A stretch of 64,000 nucleotides of DNA. Origin: Thermoanaerobaculia bacterium. GTDB lineage: Bacteria; Acidobacteriota; Thermoanaerobaculia; Multivoradales; JAHEKO01. The stretch is from positions 56,351-120,350 of the forward strand of contig JBATEX010000114.1 of the NCBI GenBank assembly GCA_049664225.1, written 5' to 3'. Positions 61,029 to 64,000 of this stretch are shown here, piece by piece (positions within the stretch are counted from its first letter, which is position 1; each line of letters starts with the position of its first letter). A program made the position numbers and the translations under genes. The notes under the pieces were generated by a model that saw only the letters and a list, made by a program, of their open reading frames with translations, ran no database searches and was not told the DNA's origin.

Positions 61029-62660
61029 ATGCTCCGCTCCCAGAAACGCATGCTGGCGCTGGTGGGGTCCCTGATTCTGTTATTGGTGATCTGCGCACTG
61101 CTCTACATGGTGGGAATGAGCCGCCTCGAGGGCGAGACGCGGGGCTTCTGGAGAAGTCTCGAGTTCGTCGCCGAGACCCTTTCCACAACGGGGTACGGTG
61201 CCGATGAGACCTGGTCCAGCCCGGTCATGGTCGTCTTCGTGGTGTTGCTCCAGTTTCTGGGCGTCTTCCTCATCTTCATGATCTTCCCGGTCTATCTCAT
61301 TCCCTATCTGGAGGAGCGCTTCGAAGTCCGACTTCCCAAGGAGGCCGGGAACCTGAGTGATCATGTCGTGATCTACAGGTTCGGTCCCGCGGTGTCGACT
61401 CTGGTCGATCAGCTCGAACAAGCCTCGATTCCAACAGTCATTGTCGAAGAGGACGAGACCACTGCTCGACGCCTGATCGAAGATGGTCATAAGGTCGTGT
61501 CGGGCAGTCTGGAGGATGGGGTCCTCAACCGGATCTGCCTTGACAAGGCGAAGACCCTGATCGCCAACAGCACCGACGACGAAGACGCGGCGGTAATCCT
61601 GGCCGCTCGGCAGTCCGGCTTTGACGGCGAAGCCCTGGCGCTCGTCGAGGATCCATTTCACCGGAAACCGATCATGCTGGCCGGTGCCACGGCGACTTAC
61701 ACTCCCCGTCACGTTCTGGGTGCCGCCCTGGCGGCTCGAGCCAGTCAGCGCGTCAGCCCTACTCTCGCCGATGCGCAGCAGGTGGGCCCCAGGCTGAAGG
61801 TCAGCGAGGTGAGGATCCCCAGAGGCAGCAGTCTGGCTGGTCAAACGCTCGCTGAAGCGGGTCTCGGGCAGCGGACCGGCATATCCGTGATCGGGCAATG
61901 GGTTGGCGGCCGTCTGGTGGCCCCCCCGACGGCTGAAATGCGGTTAGAGCCCGACGGAATCTTGGTTCTGGTGGGCAGTCCCACGAGCATTCACAGGTTC
62001 GAGGAGCTTTGCGACGAAGCCAAGCCGCTGCGCCGCCACGGCCCGATCGTGGTCGCCGGCTTCGGTGAGGTCGGTGGCAAAGTAGTCGAGCTGTTGACCG
62101 ATGTCGGTGAGGAAGTGATCGTCATCGACCGGGAGGAGCGCGAGGGAGTGAAAGTGGTTGGGGATGTCCTCGACCCGAGGGTCCTGGAACAGGCGGGGGT
62201 CGGCTCGGCGAAAGCCGTGGTCTTGGCCGTCGACACCGATAGCGCCACGATGTTCGCCACGGTCATCGTCAAGGATCTGGCGCCTCACGTGCCGGTGATT
62301 GCGAGGGTCAACCGCGCCGAGAACGTGGAGCGAATCCACCGGGCCGGCGCCGACTTCTCGCTCTCGATCAGTCAGGTCTCCGGACAGATCCTGGCTCGGC
62401 GACTGCTCGGTGAAGAAGCGGTTTCCGTCGACCCGCAGCTCAAGGTGCTGAAAGTCGGGGCCCAGGGTCTGGCCGGCGACCATCCGGCGCGATTGGAGAT
62501 CCGCCAGAAGACCGGCTGTTCGGTGGTAGCGGTCGAACGGGGTGACGCCTTGGTAATGGAATTCGGTTCCGACTTTCGCTTCCAGCCCGAGGACGTCATC
62601 TACGTCTGCGGCAGCAGCGATGCGACCCGGTCCTTCCTCAAGGCCTTTCCTCAGAGCTAG
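61029..62660 (+). CDS. two-TM K+ channel with tandem RCK (TrkA-N/TrkA-C) domains, MthK/Kch-like
   Basis: TM1, pore helix and selectivity-filter-like TLSTTGYGAD, then TM2. Two Rossmann TrkA-N regions (HVVIYRFGPAVSTLV..., PIVVAGFGEVGGKVVELL...) each followed by a TrkA-C-like segment. Confidence 0.8.
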   Translation: MLRSQKRMLALVGSLILLLVICALLYMVGMSRLEGETRGFWRSLEFVAETLSTTGYGADETWSSPVMVVFVVLLQFLGVFLIFMIFPVYLIPYLEERFEVRLPKEAGNLSDHVVIYRFGPAVSTLVDQLEQASIPTVIVEEDETTARRLIEDGHKVVSGSLEDGVLNRICLDKAKTLIANSTDDEDAAVILAARQSGFDGEALALVEDPFHRKPIMLAGATATYTPRHVLGAALAARASQRVSPTLADAQQVGPRLKVSEVRIPRGSSLAGQTLAEAGLGQRTGISVIGQWVGGRLVAPPTAEMRLEPDGILVLVGSPTSIHRFEELCDEAKPLRRHGPIVVAGFGEVGGKVVELLTDVGEEVIVIDREEREGVKVVGDVLDPRVLEQAGVGSAKAVVLAVDTDSATMFATVIVKDLAPHVPVIARVNRAENVERIHRAGADFSLSISQVSGQILARRLLGEEAVSVDPQLKVLKVGAQGLAGDHPARLEIRQKTGCSVVAVERGDALVMEFGSDFRFQPEDVIYVCGSSDATRSFLKAFPQS

Positions 62661-62675
62661 GCTGGCCGACCGGGC

Positions 62676-62984
62676 TCAGCCGGGCGAGCGGAGCCTCTCG
62701 ATGTCTCGATCGCGCCTCTCCTCTACACGGCGCCTGTCTTCTGCGTACTCCTCCTCGACCTTGACCCTTTCTGAAAGGTCTGCGGCTCCCTTGAGGCTGT
62801 CGTGAAAGAGAATCTCGAGCTCGGCGAGCTTGGCTTCGCTCTGATTGCGAAGCTCGGCGATCTGGTCTCGAACCTCGGGGCTCAGGCCCTCGTCACGCGG
62901 CCTCTCTATGCCCTGCTCCTCGAGTCTCTCGAGGGCCAGGTCGTAGGCCGACTTCATGCCGGTTGTCTTGTCGTCCCGTGCCAC
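62676..62984 (-). CDS. small charged, probably coiled-coil hypothetical protein
   Basis: 102-aa Glu/Arg-rich ORF with no recognisable motif. Confidence 0.3.
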   Translation of the reverse strand: MARDDKTTGMKSAYDLALERLEEQGIERPRDEGLSPEVRDQIAELRNQSEAKLAELEILFHDSLKGAADLSERVKVEEEYAEDRRRVEERRDRDIERLRSPG

Positions 62985-63137
62985 GTGGTGAGCCTATCAC
63001 CGGGGCGAGGCCCTTCACCCGAATCGAGCGATTTGCTATAAATTCGCAGTTAAGGGGGCGGGTCGTTCCTGGCTTGCTGCCGAATTCGCTCTATTTGAAT
63101 GTGAGTTTCAACCCTCGTTGGAGGAGGCTACGTAAGA

Positions 63138-64000
63138 ATGATTGATGCGCAAGGCCTGACTCGGCGGTACGGTGAGTTCACCGCCGTCGACGGGATTTCG
63201 TTCACCGTGGACGAGGGCGAGATCGTGGGCATGCTGGGCCCCAACGGCGCCGGCAAGACAACGACTCTGCGAATGATTACCGGCTTTCTGCCCCCGACCG
63301 ATGGTCACCTGACGGTTGGCGGCAGGGATCTGTTCAGCGACCCGGTGGCGGCGCGACGGGAGGTGGGATACCTGCCTGAGAATGTCGCCTTGTACCCGGA
63401 GATGAGGGTTGCGGAATACCTGCGCTACCGGGCGATGTTGGAGGGCCTTCCCCGCGCCAAGGCCAGGCCGAGGATTTCCGAGACCGTGAAGAGTTGCTTT
63501 CTCGAAGAGGTGGAGAATCAGATCATCGGCACCCTTTCCAAAGGCTACCGCCAGCGGGTTGGGCTGGCGGCTGCCATCCTCCATCATCCAAGCGTTCTGG
63601 TCTTGGACGAGCCGACCGTCGGTCTCGACCCCAAGCAGATCATCGCCATTCGGGAGTTGATTCGCGAGCTGGGACACAGGCAGACCCTGCTGCTGTCGAG
63701 CCATATCCTGCCGGAGGTCGAGCTGCTCTGCGATCGGGTGATCATCATCGACCGAGGGCGGATCGTCGCCGAGGGCTCGCCTCGGGATTTGCAGGAGAGC
63801 TGGGTCGGGAACACCATTCTCAGGGTAGAGCTGAAGGACGATCCTGGGGAGGCGCCGGAGGTGCTCGCAGCTATTCCGGGAGTCGTCGACCTCGCGGGTG
63901 GAGACACCGGGTGCTACCGACTCGAGTGCTCCACCAGCACAGATCCGCGGCAATCGGTCTTCGAAGCAGCCAAAGAAAGAGGCTGGGTACTGCTGGAGCT
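63138..64000 (+). CDS. ABC transporter ATP-binding protein (ABC-2 type), partial at window end
   Basis: RBS GAGGAGG then ATG 63138. MIDAQGLTRRYGEFTAVDGISFTVDEGEIVGMLGPNGAGKTTTLRMI (Walker A) and LSKGYRQRVGLAAAIL...LVLDEPTVGLDP (signature and Walker B). There is no stop before 64000. The antisense track ORF 63108..63953 is rejected. Confidence 0.85.
   Translation, partial: MIDAQGLTRRYGEFTAVDGISFTVDEGEIVGMLGPNGAGKTTTLRMITGFLPPTDGHLTVGGRDLFSDPVAARREVGYLPENVALYPEMRVAEYLRYRAMLEGLPRAKARPRISETVKSCFLEEVENQIIGTLSKGYRQRVGLAAAILHHPSVLVLDEPTVGLDPKQIIAIRELIRELGHRQTLLLSSHILPEVELLCDRVIIIDRGRIVAEGSPRDLQESWVGNTILRVELKDDPGEAPEVLAAIPGVVDLAGGDTGCYRLECSTSTDPRQSVFEAAKERGWVLLE

Noticed and set aside
63108-63953. 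281-aa minus-strand track ORF
   Set aside because: It is antisense to a clear ABC ATPase (Walker A GPNGAGKTT, signature LSKGYRQRV, Walker B LVLDEPT) that starts at 63138 with a strong RBS and runs off the window.

Overview
GC-rich (roughly 63-65% by eye) bacterial chromosomal window. I found no rRNA, tRNA, CRISPR array, transposase or integrase. The window is dominated by c-type cytochrome biology. It holds at least 10 multiheme cytochrome c genes, with CxxCH counts of 4, 6, 9, 11, 11, 18, 21 and 26, plus a partial one. It also has two Rieske/cytochrome b/multiheme-c (bc-type) complexes, two CbcL-like multiheme-c::dihaem-b membrane fusions, and a pair of cytochrome bd-like (CydA-like) paralogs, one with a C-terminal haem c domain. 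The left 9.5 kb is one minus-strand operon. Its order is: hexahaem cytochrome whose mature N-terminus resembles the Geobacter nanowire subunit OmcS, intrinsic terminator, 698-aa outer-membrane beta-barrel, two LpoB/TolB-N/CsgG-fold lipoproteins, SurA-like PPIase, 26-haem cytochrome, and a further cytochrome running off the window. Upstream sit a sigma-54 promoter (TGGCAT-N5-TTGC), an 18-bp perfect palindrome, and a two-component system whose sensor kinase has a periplasmic CxxCH haem-c motif and whose regulator is NtrC-type. I regard this as a candidate novel extracellular-electron-transfer or cytochrome-filament export system. The remainder is housekeeping and stress genes: PFOR, CarB, class II fumarase, DinB, MsrB-MsrA, Hsp15, a DosR-like module (4 USPs, a GAF kinase with NarL-type regulator, CBS, DUF302, PNPOx-like), GT-C and GT2 glycosyltransferases, a K+ channel and an ABC ATPase. 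Intergenic DNA carries at least three families of structured dispersed repeats and hepta/octamer tandem arrays. Many ORF-track entries are antisense or N-terminally over-extended artefacts of high GC and were not called.
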